Shown: positions 20,701 to 32,800 of the stretch, in pieces
Position numbering within the stretch: position 1 is the first letter of the stretch
How the letters are laid out: the number at the start of each line of letters is the position of its first letter
Assembly: GCA_963835805.1 (NCBI GenBank)
Contig: CAWIGS010000007.1
Coordinates: 19,855 to 83,854 of the forward strand
Direction: 5' to 3'
DNA length: 64,000 nucleotides
Origin: an uncultured Gammaproteobacteria bacterium
GTDB taxonomy: Bacteria; Pseudomonadota; Gammaproteobacteria; Xanthomonadales; Rhodanobacteraceae
The notes under the pieces: model-generated
Databases searched by the model: none
Told to the model about the DNA's origin: nothing
What the model saw: only the letters and a program-made list of their open reading frames with translations
Translations under genes and position numbers: made by a program

Positions 20701-20968
20701 CCCGTTACGTACCTTAATTGTCCAACCGTTTCGGTACAATGCGGAAATCAGTGAACTGTTGATTGCCGTGATACTCGGTAAAGCGTGGTCGCTCTGACCC
20801 TGACTGTTACTGGATTGTAAGCGTAAACCTTGGGCTTGCGTATCTTGCGCCTTGCACCGGAATGGAAGAAATACCAACCCCTACGCAGGATCGTTGCCAA
20901 ATGAATTCATCGATAGACGATACGAAAAGCCGCGCTCGAATCCAATCGCGCCTGTGCCCGCAGACAAA

Positions 20969-22829
20969 ATGAAAATCGTCCTGGGCAGGTGCATTTCGGT
21001 ATTCACGGCTTCGCCAACCTACAATCTCGGCCTTTTCGGCTTTCTTGTGCTGTGGTTGCTGGCACACTGTTGGTGGACGATCGATCGAGTGGCGACCGAC
21101 ACACCCGCTGCCGCGAGTGCCTTGGTCGGAGATCGAATCATCCTGTGCCTCGCAGCAATATCTCTACTGTGTCTTGCTGTGATATTCCGCCGTCGAGAGG
21201 AATTGCCGGTAGGCGCCGCAGCCTGCATCGGCGCTTTGTGCGGCGCCATGTTTTTCTTTACCTGGATCGGCCTGGGCCTGCTCGACCCTACCAATATTCA
21301 CTGGTTGCTGCACGGCGACTGGGCGGAACATTACAGCGCATGGGCGATGTATCGTGAGGCACCTTGGACCCGGCCACCAGGTCGCATCCAGACACTGTGG
21401 TATCCCGTCGGCACAGCCATCGTCTACACCGATGCGCTTCCGCTGTTCGCTTTCCTGTTCAAGCCGTTCAGTCCACTACTGCCGGCGACGTTCCAGTACA
21501 TCGGATTGTGGCTGTTGGTCAGTTGCCTGCTGCAGGGAGTGTTCGCGGCGCTGCTCGTGAAGCGGCTGCGCCCTAACGCGACCGCGGTGCTGAGCGGAAG
21601 TTTACTTTTTCTGTTGGCGCCGATTTTCCTTGGCCGTTTCTTTCACGACACCCTGACCGCGCAGTGGCTGCTGCTGGCCGGTCTGTGGCTATATTTTCGT
21701 CCCCGCCCGCCCGCATCGTTGCTGCACGAGGTCTGGCCGTGGTGGTTGCTGGCCTTGATCGCCGCGCTGGTGCATCCGTACTTGTCCGCCATGTGTATGG
21801 CCATCGCACTCACGTACTGGTTTCGGCGCACATGGGTCGAACATGACCGCAGTCGCGGCCAGGCCGTGACGGCGGTTGCCATCATCACCGGATTGACGCT
21901 AGTAGCCTGGTGGCTCAGCGGCGCATTCACGATTGGCTTCCGCGACGGCCCAGGTAGGCAACCCTACGGCACGTACAGTTTCAACTTGCTTGGGTTCCTG
22001 ATACCACAAGGTTTTTCCACACTCGTTCCGGATATACCGCTCGCCGATTCCGGTCAATGGGAAGGCCAAGCCTATCTAGGCCTTGGCGTGATCGCGCTGT
22101 TGTGCTTGCTAGGGATCCACGCACTGGCGCGCAAACAATATCCGCGCTGGCCGCGGCAACACTGGCCGCTGCTGCTGTTGGCCATCACGTTGGTCGCGTT
22201 CGCGGCCAGCGCGACCTTGACCATTGGACCGTGGAAGCTGACCAATCTCAAGGTAAATTCGCCGTTACTGGCAACGTTTCGCTCTTCCGGCCGTTTCATC
22301 TGGGTTCCGTATTATTTGATTTTGCTCGGAGTGTTCGGCGCCACGTTGCGCCGATTTCCGATCCTTGCCACATCGTTGCTCGCACTCGTGGCGATATGCG
22401 GAGGTTGGGAATTCTCGTGGATACATGTACATTTCGCGCAATTGCGCACCGGGATTGGCTGGGCAAGCCCGCCAAAGCTGTTGACGGATTCGGGCTGGAG
22501 CGATCTCAGTTCTCGGCCGCCACCATCTGACACTGTTTCCGCCAGCATCCTGTGGCAAGCAAGCCGGCCCATACCTGCCGTTTGAACTGCTGGCCGCAGA
22601 GCACGGCATGACCTTCAATTCCGGCTATCTTGCACGGTGGGACCTGCGCGCAACGCAACGCTATTGCGCGCAACTGAACCTCGACAGCAATGCCCATCGC
22701 TTCAGCGGCGACGACGTGTATGTCGTCGATTCTTCCTGGGCGCCAAGATTGCAGGGAAATCCTAACGCCGATTGCCGCACACTCGATAGTTATGAAGTAT
22801 GTGTGTTCAGCGGCGCAGCGCAAGATTAA
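20969..22829 (+). CDS. DUF6311-like polytopic membrane protein (GT-C-like), apparent frameshift near 22510
   Basis: GDWAEHYSAW, YPVGTAIVYTDALPL, HDTLTAQW, WEGQAYLGLG, FRSSGRFIW; the C-terminal NSGYLAR is in a later frame. Start uncertain. Confidence 0.7.
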
Positions 22830-22900
22830 GTATCATCCATTTGTGCAAAGCGCCTGCGCAGACCCGAAACGCCAAGCGCAAACCAAATGATTAGACCCTC

Positions 22901-23962
22901 GTGAACGATAGTCTTCTGAAACGTTTGCTTGTACGCATTCGAAGTCGCGGAACCCCACCGCTCATCGTCCTCGAAGCGGACTTGGCGGCTTATCAGGAAC
23001 GTATAGCCGTCGAACAATCGGTGTTTGCCGAGCGGTTCAAAGTGCATGACCTGCCCGCAATCTTCCACTATTGGTCCAACAAGCATCTGCGCCCACGCCT
23101 GGAATCGTTCGGGTTCACCAATTCGGATGAGTTCTTCGCTCGTTACCTGAAACGTGCCACAAACGGACGACGACAGCCTGCGCGTTTTGCCAGCTTGGGA
23201 TCCGGCAACTGCGATCTTGAAGTGCGTCTGGCGTGTGCGCTAAAGCAAGCTGGCGTAGAGAATTTTCTTATCGAATGCATCGACATCAATACCACCATGC
23301 TCGAACGCGGCAACGCACTGGCGCGCGAGCACGGCGTCAGCGACATGATTATTCCAACCATTGACGATTTCAACTCGTGGAAACCGTCGCACCGCTACAC
23401 CGCGGTGTTCGCAAACCACAGTCTTCACCACGTGCTGCAGCTGGAACAATTGTTCGGCGCAATTCGCGACGCCCTGGATGCCGATGGATTGTTTCTCGCG
23501 GCGGACATGATCGGACGCAATGGCCATCAGCGCTGGCCGGAAGCGCTGGATATCGTGCGTGAATTCTGGCGGGAATTGCCAACCGGCTATCGGTACAATC
23601 AGCAACTGCAGCGACAAGAAGACGAATTTCGCGATTGGGACTGCTCGGGTAAAAGTTTTGAAGGCATCCGTGCTCAAGACATCCTGCCCTTGCTGGTCGA
23701 TTTCTTTCATTTCGAACTTTTCATCGGCTTTGGCAACGTGATCTTTCCTTTCGTCGACCGCAGCTTTGGCCATCACTTCGACGCTCAAGCCGACTGGGAT
23801 CGCGATTTCATCGATCGCGTGCATGCCCGCGACGATGCGGAAATTCTCGCCGGGCGCATCAAGCCAACGCAGATGTTTGCGGTCATGTGCAAGCAATCCG
23901 TTTCACAAACAGCCTGCTTGCAGCATTTGACTCCGGAATTTTGCGTGCGCACGCCACCTTGA
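22901..23962 (+). CDS. Class I SAM-dependent methyltransferase
   Basis: HDLPAIFHYWSN, SLGSGNCDLE, NHSLHH, DMIGRNGHQRWPE, FEGIRAQDILP. Confidence 0.8.
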   Translation: MNDSLLKRLLVRIRSRGTPPLIVLEADLAAYQERIAVEQSVFAERFKVHDLPAIFHYWSNKHLRPRLESFGFTNSDEFFARYLKRATNGRRQPARFASLGSGNCDLEVRLACALKQAGVENFLIECIDINTTMLERGNALAREHGVSDMIIPTIDDFNSWKPSHRYTAVFANHSLHHVLQLEQLFGAIRDALDADGLFLAADMIGRNGHQRWPEALDIVREFWRELPTGYRYNQQLQRQEDEFRDWDCSGKSFEGIRAQDILPLLVDFFHFELFIGFGNVIFPFVDRSFGHHFDAQADWDRDFIDRVHARDDAEILAGRIKPTQMFAVMCKQSVSQTACLQHLTPEFCVRTPP

Positions 23963-23997
23963 TTGGCCACGGTGGTTTCTGGATCGAACGCGTCTGA

Positions 23998-24686
23998 TCA
24001 GCGCGCGCGCTGCTCTGTCAGCGTCAACGCCACCTTGTCGCGCAGATACACCGGCAATGCCTGTTCCGGACTGCCCCGCGGCCGGCGGCGAATTGCGGCG
24101 CACCGAGTCGCACGATCGCGTGCGCCTGCGGATAGCGCGTGCCGTCTGCCCAACGCGGCGGGGCGGGAAGCCGCGCCCGCAAGGCATCGCGATAGGCATT
24201 CCAGCCGCTGCCGACAATGTTCCATTGTAAACTTTGCGGCAAAGTCAACTTGTCCGCGAGGCCGACGCTTTCCTCGCCGATTGCCCGGATCAGTCCATCC
24301 TCGCTGCGCCGGAACGTGCCCGCATAGACCTCACCCATGCGCGCGTCGATCACGCCGAGAATCGCTGCATCATCGACCGGCGCATCCAGCGCCAGGGCGG
24401 CCAGCGACGACACCGTCACGACCGGAATATCAAGACCCAAGGCCAAACCTTGCGCCACCGAGATCGCCAAACGCACGCCGGTGAATGCGCCGGGGCCGCG
24501 GCCGACGGCAATGCCGTCGAGCCGGCGGCGCGAGAGTCCGGCCTCAAGCAGCAGCGATTCGATCATCGGCAGGATCAGTTCGGCGTGCCGGCGTGGCGCC
24601 AGTTCGCTGCGTTCGAGCAGGCGAGTGCCGCAGAGCAAGGCGGCCGAGCAGGATTCGGTAGCGGTTTCGATCGCGAGCAGGTTCAT
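23998..24686 (-). CDS. tsaB: tRNA t6A biosynthesis protein TsaB, apparent frameshift near 24075
   Basis: MNLLAIETATESCSAA, GRGPGAFTGVRL, IDARMGEVY; the C-terminal EQALPVYLRDKVALT is in a shifted frame. Confidence 0.92.
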
Positions 24687-24753
24687 GACATCATTGTCGC
24701 ATCGTTTGCGGCCAAACGCGGGCCGTGCGCTGGCGTGCTGCGGGCCACGCCGG

Positions 24754-26685
24754 TCAGGACGATGGCGGCGTGGAATCGGCAGCGAAGAATTCGCGCACAT
24801 CGTCCAGTTCGCGCGTGATCGGCAACGGCGGCAGGCTCTTGAGAAACAATTTTCCGTAGGCGCGCGAGAGCAGGCGCGGATCGCACAGCATCAGCACGCC
24901 GCGATCGTTGACGTCGCGGATCAAACGTCCGGCACCCTGCTTGAGCGCGATAGCCGCCGCCGGAATCTGCCACTCGAAGAACGGATTGCCGCCGGCTTCG
25001 CGCAGCGCACTCAGGCGCGCTTCGAGTACCGGGTCGTCCGGCGCAGCGAACGGCAGTTTGTCGATGATGACGCACGACAGCGCCTCGCCGGCAACGTCCA
25101 CACCTTCCCAGAAACTCGCTGCGCCCAACAATACGCCGTTGCCGGATTCGCGAAAATCGGTGAGCAACTGATGCCGCGGCGCGCTGCCCTGGATAAAAAG
25201 CGGGAACGCCAAATCCTGCAACAACTCGGCAGCACGTTTGAGCGCGCGATGCGAGGTGAACAGCAGGAAACTGCGCCCACGCGCGGCTTCCAGCACCGGT
25301 CGCGCCGCGGCGACAACGCGCTCGGTGTAGTCTGGCGTATTCGGATCGGGCAGGCCTTGCGGCAAATACAGCAATGCCTGACGGGCGAAATCGAATGGAC
25401 TTGGCAAGCTCACTTCGACCGGATCGTCCAGGCCGAGCTGCTGCGCGAAATGGGCGAAGCTGCCGGCCACCGTAAGTGTGGCGGAAGTGAAAATCCACGC
25501 CGCGCGCGATTGTTCGCGCAGGGCGCGCAGCGGCGGTGCCAGATCCAGCGGCGTGGCATGGAATGCGAAGCCTTGCGCAGTCAGTTCGTACCAATGCACG
25601 GCATCGTGTGCATTGCCGTCCAGCATTTCATGCAGACGCTGGCACAGCGCTTCGGCACGATCATGCACGCTGGCGAGTCCGCGCGAGCGCTCGGCCTGCG
25701 TGGACAAGGCTTCGGCGAGTTTCTGCAACGCATCCTGCAAGGCCTGAAGTTCGGCCGGCGCCGCGGCATCGTTCTCGATCTGCGTGAACGCGCCCTTGGC
25801 CGGCAGTTTGTCCAGCGCCAGACGCACGCGCTTGAGCGACGGGGCGAGCGCATCCAGCGGATCGCGCAACACCGCCAATGCGCCGTCGACGCTGCCACAC
25901 TCGACCAGCGCATCGCTGCCTAATTCCGCGATCTGGCGCGAGGTCACGTGGGTGGAGAAGAACACGCCGGCGAGTTCCGGAATCTGGTGTGCTTCGTCGA
26001 GAATGAACGCATGCGCGCCGGGCAGGATTTCGCCGAAGCCTTCCTGCTTGATCGCCATATCAGCGAACAGCAGATGATGATTGACGACGACGAGGTCGGC
26101 TTCCTGCGCCGCACGGCGTGCCTTGACCACGAAGCAATCAGCGTACAGCGGACATTCCGCGCCGAGGCAGTTTTCCGCCGTCGATGTCACGCGCGGCCAC
26201 AGCGGAGAATCCTCCTGCACATCGGCGAATTCGCCACGATCGCCACTGCCGGTGCGCTCGCTCCATGCGCGAATCGCCTGCAATTGTGCGGCCTGTTCGC
26301 GCGTGGAGAAGCGGCCATCCTTGGCAGTTTGCTCCAGGCGATACAGACACAGATAATTCGCGCGCCCCTTGAGCAGACTGGTTTTCAGACGCGCACCCAA
26401 CACCGCGCGCACGCGCGGCAAGTCGCGATGGAACAACTGATCCTGCAGCGTCTTGGTGCCGGTGGAAACGATCACGCGCTTGCCCGACAGCCAGGCCGGC
26501 ACCAGATACGCAAATGTCTTGCCGGTACCGGTGCCCGCTTCGGCGATCAGGGTTTGCCCATCGGCAATGGCTTCCTCAACCGCTTCAGCCATGACCTGCT
26601 GACAGTCGCGCGGCACGAAGTTCGGCACTTCGCGCACGAAGGGGCCGTCGGCACCGAGCAGATCCCGCGCACTCGTGTTGCGCAT
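24754..26685 (-). CDS. yoaA: DinG/YoaA-family Fe-S ATP-dependent DNA helicase
   Basis: EAGTGTGKT, LKGRANYLC, CLGAECPLYADC, DEAH, SFWEGVDV, LKQGAGRLIR. Confidence 0.9.
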   Translation of the reverse strand: MRNTSARDLLGADGPFVREVPNFVPRDCQQVMAEAVEEAIADGQTLIAEAGTGTGKTFAYLVPAWLSGKRVIVSTGTKTLQDQLFHRDLPRVRAVLGARLKTSLLKGRANYLCLYRLEQTAKDGRFSTREQAAQLQAIRAWSERTGSGDRGEFADVQEDSPLWPRVTSTAENCLGAECPLYADCFVVKARRAAQEADLVVVNHHLLFADMAIKQEGFGEILPGAHAFILDEAHQIPELAGVFFSTHVTSRQIAELGSDALVECGSVDGALAVLRDPLDALAPSLKRVRLALDKLPAKGAFTQIENDAAAPAELQALQDALQKLAEALSTQAERSRGLASVHDRAEALCQRLHEMLDGNAHDAVHWYELTAQGFAFHATPLDLAPPLRALREQSRAAWIFTSATLTVAGSFAHFAQQLGLDDPVEVSLPSPFDFARQALLYLPQGLPDPNTPDYTERVVAAARPVLEAARGRSFLLFTSHRALKRAAELLQDLAFPLFIQGSAPRHQLLTDFRESGNGVLLGAASFWEGVDVAGEALSCVIIDKLPFAAPDDPVLEARLSALREAGGNPFFEWQIPAAAIALKQGAGRLIRDVNDRGVLMLCDPRLLSRAYGKLFLKSLPPLPITRELDDVREFFAADSTPPSS

Positions 26686-26687
26686 GC

Positions 26688-27209
26688 TCAAAACCGCGGC
26701 ACCGCTTGCACCCGGCACGCCGGGATTTTTGCGCGCGCCGCGGCCGCGCCAACGATATTCCTCTCGACAGTGAACGAGCGCGCCAACGTTTCCAGATTGC
26801 GCGCGCATAAACCGCCAACCTTCGGCCCCAGGTCGTATGACTGCTGGGCCAGCACGGCGGCCTGCTTCCAGTCGCCGGTTTCCACGTTCAACTCAGCCGC
26901 ATATTGCAAAATATCCGGTGCGCGCGGCGTCAGCTTCAACGCCTTGCGCACTTCGACCAGCGCCTGCGCCGGCTGTCGCTGCGCCTCAAGTTTGTGCGCC
27001 TGATCGAGCAGGCCATCGACGGCGGGATCGCGCAATGGATGCACCTGCACGGTGGAATCGATCTGTGCGCCCAGCGCGCGGATTGCAGCGACCGAATCGG
27101 CACGATCCGGTAGTGGCGCCTTGGCCGGCGGCTGCGAACAGCCAGCCAGCGTGATCACCGCCAATATTGTCATGGAGTATACAATTGAACTCGGTGTAAT
27201 CGTATACAT
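26688..27209 (-). CDS. TPR lipoprotein, LpoP-like putative PBP1b activator
   Basis: LAGC lipobox, TPR-like helices, position directly downstream of mrcB. Start uncertain. Confidence 0.65.
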   Translation of the reverse strand: MYTITPSSIVYSMTILAVITLAGCSQPPAKAPLPDRADSVAAIRALGAQIDSTVQVHPLRDPAVDGLLDQAHKLEAQRQPAQALVEVRKALKLTPRAPDILQYAAELNVETGDWKQAAVLAQQSYDLGPKVGGLCARNLETLARSFTVERNIVGAAAARAKIPACRVQAVPRF

Positions 27210-27231
27210 TCAGCTAAGGCCGCACATTTCA

Positions 27232-27374
27232 GGAACCTCTCAATAGCCGTTGCGGGCGGAGACAGATTGTGTGCCGCCGGAGCGCAGAAGCCGGAGTTTA
27301 CTTCAGGGTAAGTGAGGACTTCGAGCACCGCCGGCGCGCAAGCTGTCGAGCGCAGCAGGTTATTCAGGGGTTCC
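27232..27374. mobile_element. MITE-like element, copy 2 (143 bp)
   Basis: GGAACCTCTCAATA ... TTATTCAGGGGTTCC terminal IRs; core shared with 9351-9560; abuts the mrcB stop. Confidence 0.8.
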
Positions 27375-27375
27375 C

Positions 27376-29663
27376 TCAATGTCCGCCGCCGAACCGCGAC
27401 TTGATTTCCTGCCACAGGCAATGTTCCGTATCCGCGGGCAGATGCCCGGCGATGAACGGCAGCTCACGTGCGCCCGTGCACTGCGGTTGTGTGCGTTGCC
27501 CGCTTTGCGGGTTGATCCACGCTGTTTCCAGGCCGTCCGGCGGCAATGCCAACGCTGCGCTCGGCAGGGTGTGAAACAGCGAAATCCATACCTGCAAGGC
27601 GCCGGTCGCGCCCCACAAACCGGTGGGATTGTTGTCGTCGCGCCCGATCCACACAACCGCCAGTTGCGAGCCGGTGAAACCGGCAAACCACGAATCGCGC
27701 TGCGAGTCGCTGGTGCCGGTCTTGCCCGCCGCGTGCAGAAACGCAGTCCCTGCGCACCGATCGCGTGTGCGGTGCCGCTGATCGCGCCACCTGCTGCATC
27801 GCATAGCTTACCAGGCGCGCGGGTGCGACGTAGTCGCCGGCGCCGGGCTTTATGGCGTAGCGCGTCAGCGGCCGGCCCTGGGCATCGAGCACGCCGCGCA
27901 AGGCGCGCAATGGCAGCGCGTGCCCGTCGGCGGCGAAGTATTGATACAACTGGGCGATGTCGAACGGCGACAGATCCACCGCGCCGAGCAGCAGCGATGG
28001 ATTGGGATTGATCCTTGCATCCAGGCCGAAGGATTCGAGCAGGCCGCGCACCTTGTCCACACCCAACGCCAGGCCCAGATGCACGGTCGCCAGATTGTAG
28101 CGAATGCGCCAGCACGTCGACCAGCGGCACACGGCCATGACTTTCGTGATCGTCGTTGCTCGGTGTCCAGTGCGTGCCGTTCGGCAATGCCAGATCGACC
28201 GGACTGTCGTCGAGCAGCGTGGCCAGCGAATACTTGTCCGGCTGCGCCAGCGCAACAAGATAGACAAACGGCTTGATCAACGAGCCGACCGGACGGCGTG
28301 CCTGCAGCGCGCGATCGAAACCCGGATCGTCCGCATCGCGACCGCCGATCAGCGCCTGTACCTGGCCATCACGCGCGCCAGTGACAACCATCGCACCCTG
28401 CAGCTGCGTCTGCTGCTTGCCGAGTCTGTTCAGCGTCTGCGTCAGCGCCGCTTCGGCCAGCGTCTGCGTCGACGGCGCCAGCGTGGTGTAGATGGAAAGG
28501 CCCGCGCGCTGCAACAGCGCAGCTGGATAATCGCGCTGCAATTGCGTGCGCACCAAATCCAGGAATGCCGGCGTGCGATTGCGCGGCAGGCCGGGAGAAT
28601 CCGGCACATCCAGCGCTGCGGCCCGTGCCGCTTGCCACCGGGCCGCATCGATCAGTCCGGTTTCGTAGAATTGATCGAGCACGCGATTGCGCCGCGTCAA
28701 CGCCAGAGCCGCATGTCGACGCGGATCGTACAGACTCGGGCCACGCACCAGCCCGACCAGCAAAGCGATGTCGGCATCGTCAAGATGGCGTACATCGCGG
28801 CCAAAATAGAATTCGGACGCCGCTGCGAATCCATGCACCGCCTGATTGCCCTGCTGGCCGAGAAACACCTGGTTGACATAGGTTTGCAGGATGCGGTGCT
28901 TGTCGTAATGCGCCTCGATCAATAACGCCAGCAGCGCCTCGTTGAGCTTGCGCGTGAACCGTTGCCCGCGATCCAGAAACAGGTTCTTGACCAGCTGCTG
29001 GGTCAGAGTGCTGCCACCCTGCACTACATGGCCGGCGAAAAGATCGGCCAGAGCCGCGCGCGCGATCGCAGAAAAATCGACACCGTGATGGTGTTTGAAA
29101 TCGCGATCCTCGACTGCCTGCAAACCAGTAATCAGCAATGGCGGCAATTGCTCGAGCGTGACCACTCGGCGCTCTTCCTGCTCGTCGCCGTACAACGTGG
29201 CGATGCGCGCCGGATCCAGTCGCGCCTGTGCCAACGGCGTACCGGCGTCGGCATCGCGCAAATCCGCAATCACATCGTCCGATAGTGTCAAGGCGATGCG
29301 CCGCGCTGGTTGGCGTCCGTCCACATCATCGAACGCGCGACGCGCGATCACAAAATGCGTCCCGTCCTCGCTGTAGCGTCCCGGCGTTCGCGCCTCGGAA
29401 TCGCGCACATAGCGTGCTGCGGCCAGTTCCATATCCAATACGCCCGCCGACAGCGGCAGACCGGCGCGCAGCTGCAACGGCCGCGCGTACACGCGACTGG
29501 GAATATTCCAGGACAGATCGTCCATGCGCGCACGCACCTGGCTATCCAGATACAGCAGATACGGCCCGAGAAAACCCGTCAGCACGCCGATTCCCAGCCA
29601 CAATGGCGCGCGCAGCCAACGCCAGAGAAAGCGGCAGATACGGGCAAACCTGGATGCGAACAA
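27376..29663 (-). CDS. mrcB: Penicillin-binding protein 1B, apparent frameshifts near 28100, 27785 and 27745
   Basis: UB2H region; transglycosylase motifs EDRDF, QGGSTLTQQLVKN, RKLNE; transpeptidase GSLIKP, SYN and GKTGT, spread over three frames. Confidence 0.9.
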
Positions 29664-29892
29664 AGCAGTAAGGACTGTGCGGAACCAAGCTTGAGTCTAC
29701 CCGATTCGGTGACAGCGCAACGCGCTTCCGGGATAATCCGCGGACGGCTTGCCGCCGTTCACCGGAGATTGTCATGCACCGTTTGCTTTCGCTTGCCGCA
29801 GCGGTTCTGGGTCGTGCCGTGCCGGTTTCCGCCTGCGCCGATTTCCGCGCCGATATTGCTTGCGGATCGCCGCGCTGAATGCGTAGCGATTC

Positions 29893-32800
29893 ATGAATCC
29901 GAATCCGCCGGTGCGCATGTGCATCTTCGGTGCCACACCGGCGCCGGACTGGCTGAGCGCGATCGGATTGCCGCTGGATGCGGATATACGAACCGTTGCG
30001 GCGGCCGATGCCGCGGCTGCGCTGCGCACTGCGCTACAGGCATGCCCCGGTGAAAACCTCATCCTGTTGCGCGCGGATACTGCATTGCCGCCATTCTGGT
30101 TCGAGCGCCTCGCACGCGCGCTGGAACTGCCCGGTGTACTGGTCGTCTCGCCGCTGGACAACGCCGACCCGGAACGCGCGCCCTTGCCGCCCGGGCAAAG
30201 CAGCGACGTCGACGCGCGTTGTATCGACGCCTTGTGCTTCGCCCATGGCCGTCGGCAAGCGATCGACTGGCCAACCTGGTCGCCGCTGCTGAGCGCTTGG
30301 AACGGGACGGCGTTGCGCGGCATCAATCCGGAAAAAATCCGGCTTGGCAGATTGCCGCCCTCGATCGTGCCGTGGCGTAGCGTACTACTGGATCACCTGT
30401 ACGTCGCCGATCCGCTGCGGGAATTGCACGGCCCGCCGCTGCCAGTGCCGGGTACGGACGCGCCGCCGGCATCTGCTCTGGGTGAATTGCGAGAGTGCGT
30501 CGCCGCCGCCTTGCCGCAGGCGACAGGAAAATTGGATTTTTATCCGGGCCTGGACGCCAAACCCGTGGTGCTGCATATCCTGCACGGCTGGGGCGGTGGC
30601 GCCGAACGCTTTGTCCGCGACCTGGCCGCCGTCGACGACACGCGCCATCACCTGGTGTTCACCGCGTGCGGCAATTTCGACCGCCGCCGCTATGGCGAAA
30701 CCCTGCAACTGCTCGACGCGGCGTTGACGCAACCGCCGTTACGCGCGACGACCCTGTCCGCTCCGATCGCCAGCACCGCGCTGGCGCATCAGGGTTACCG
30801 CGAATTTCTCGATGCCATCGTGCGCGACTACGGCGTGGATGCCATTGTCGTTTCGTCCCTGATCGGACACAGCCTCGATGCCTTGCGCACGGGCTTGCCG
30901 ACGGTCTATTTCATTCACGATTTTTATCCGCTGTGGCCGTTGCTGCATCGCAATCTGGACGATGCCGGTGTGAACTTCAATGCCACGCAACTGCGCGCCG
31001 ACCTTGCCGGCGCCGATGCCGGTTTCGAATTTGCCGAACGCGATCCTGATTGGTGGCTGGTCCTGCGCGAGGCGCTGGCCGATGCCGCGTTGCAGGCCCA
31101 CGCGCAACTGATCGCGCCCAGCCACGCGGCGATGCGCCTGTGCCTGCGTCTGCAACCGCGTTTGTCCACATTGCCGCAAAGTGTAATCCCGCACGGCATC
31201 GCCCCGTGGCCGGATACGCGAGCGCTGCCCGCGCCGCCGCATCGCGAACGTCTGCGTCTGCTCGTACTCGGCCGCGTGCGCCGTGGCAAGGCCGCGCATC
31301 TGCTGCGTCAAGTCCTGCCGCGGCTACACGCTGACGTCGAACTGTTCCTGATCGGTGGCGGGCCCGAGGCACGCGAATTCTTCGGTCGGCGCGGCGTGCA
31401 TATCCTGATCAACTACCGCCCCGCCGAATTGCCCGCGCTGCTCGCGCGCGTCGCGCCGGATGCGGCGCTGATCCTGCCGGATTTCGCCGAAACATTCAGT
31501 TATACCCTGTCCGAATTGTGCAGCCTCGGCATTCCCGTGCTCGCTTCACGGCTGGGCGCACTGGCCGAGCGCATCGACGATGGCGTCAATGGATTTCTCG
31601 TCGCGCCGGATGCGGACGCGATCCTGACCGCCATCGCGCGCCTGCGCGAGCAGCCTCGCGCCCTTGAACGCGTGCGCGCCGCACTGGTCCGGCCACGCGT
31701 ACGCACGCTCCACGACATGGCCACCGGGTACCGCGATCTGCTGCCAGCGGTGCACCGCGCTGTGCGCTATCCCTTGATCGAGGCCGTGCCCGCGCAAATC
31801 GCAGCGCAAATGCGCGCCGCCGAGATCGGCATGGCGCAACGCGATATCGCAACACGCAAGCAGCAAATCGCCGATCAGCAGCACGAACTCGAACGCCGCG
31901 CCGAATGGGCATTCGGGCTGGATACGCAAATCCAGCGCGTTGGCGCCAGTCTGCGCAAACTGCAAGACGAATTCGCCGAACGCAGTGCATGGGCCTTGCG
32001 CTTGAATGCGCAGCTGCAGACGACAAGCGAAGAACGTGATCGGCTCAGCGAAGAACGCGACCGGATCATCGCCAGCCTTTCCTGGCGCATCACCAAACCG
32101 CTGCGCTACTGCAAACGCCAGTTGCGCACGGCACGAATGCGGCTACGCTTTCTCTGCGGCCGCTTGCGCGCGATCATGCATCGCACGCGTGGCAGTCTGG
32201 CCAGCCGCGGCTTGGGCGGAACGATCCGGCGTGCCGCCGACGAATTCCGTCGTCCGTCCTCATTGCACGCGCTCGTTGCCGTGGCCGCACCGAGCGAGGA
32301 ATTCGCCCCGTTCACCGTGCCGACGAACGCCACGCCAAACGTGTCGATTGTGATTCCCGCATTCAACAAGATCGCCTATACCGTCGCGTGCCTGCATTCG
32401 CTGGCCGAACATGCAGGCGATATCGCATTCGAAGTGATCGTCGTCGATGATGCATCCAGCGACGCAACGGCACAGCGACTTGCGCAGATCGGCGGAATTC
32501 GCAGCGTGCGCAATGCGCAAAATCTCGGTTTCGTGGGCTCGTGCAACGCCGGCGCGCAAGTCGCGCAAGGCGAATTCATCGCTTTTCTCAACAACGATAC
32601 CGTGGTCACCGCCGGCTGGCTTGGGGCGCTGCTGCGCTGTTTCGACGAGCAACCCGAATGCGGACTGGCTGGCGCAAAACTGGTGTATCCGGATGGCCGC
32701 CTGCAGGAAGCCGGCGGAATCGTGTTCCGCGACGGCTCGGCCTGGAACTACGGTCGCTTCGACGATCCGGCCGACCCGCGCTTCGAGTTCCGGCGCGAGG

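Noticed and set aside
14900-28200. Programmed ribosomal frameshifting in hprK, ptsI, tsaB or mrcB
   Set aside because: No slippery heptamers or stimulatory structures seen at the breaks; the scatter fits sequencing indels.
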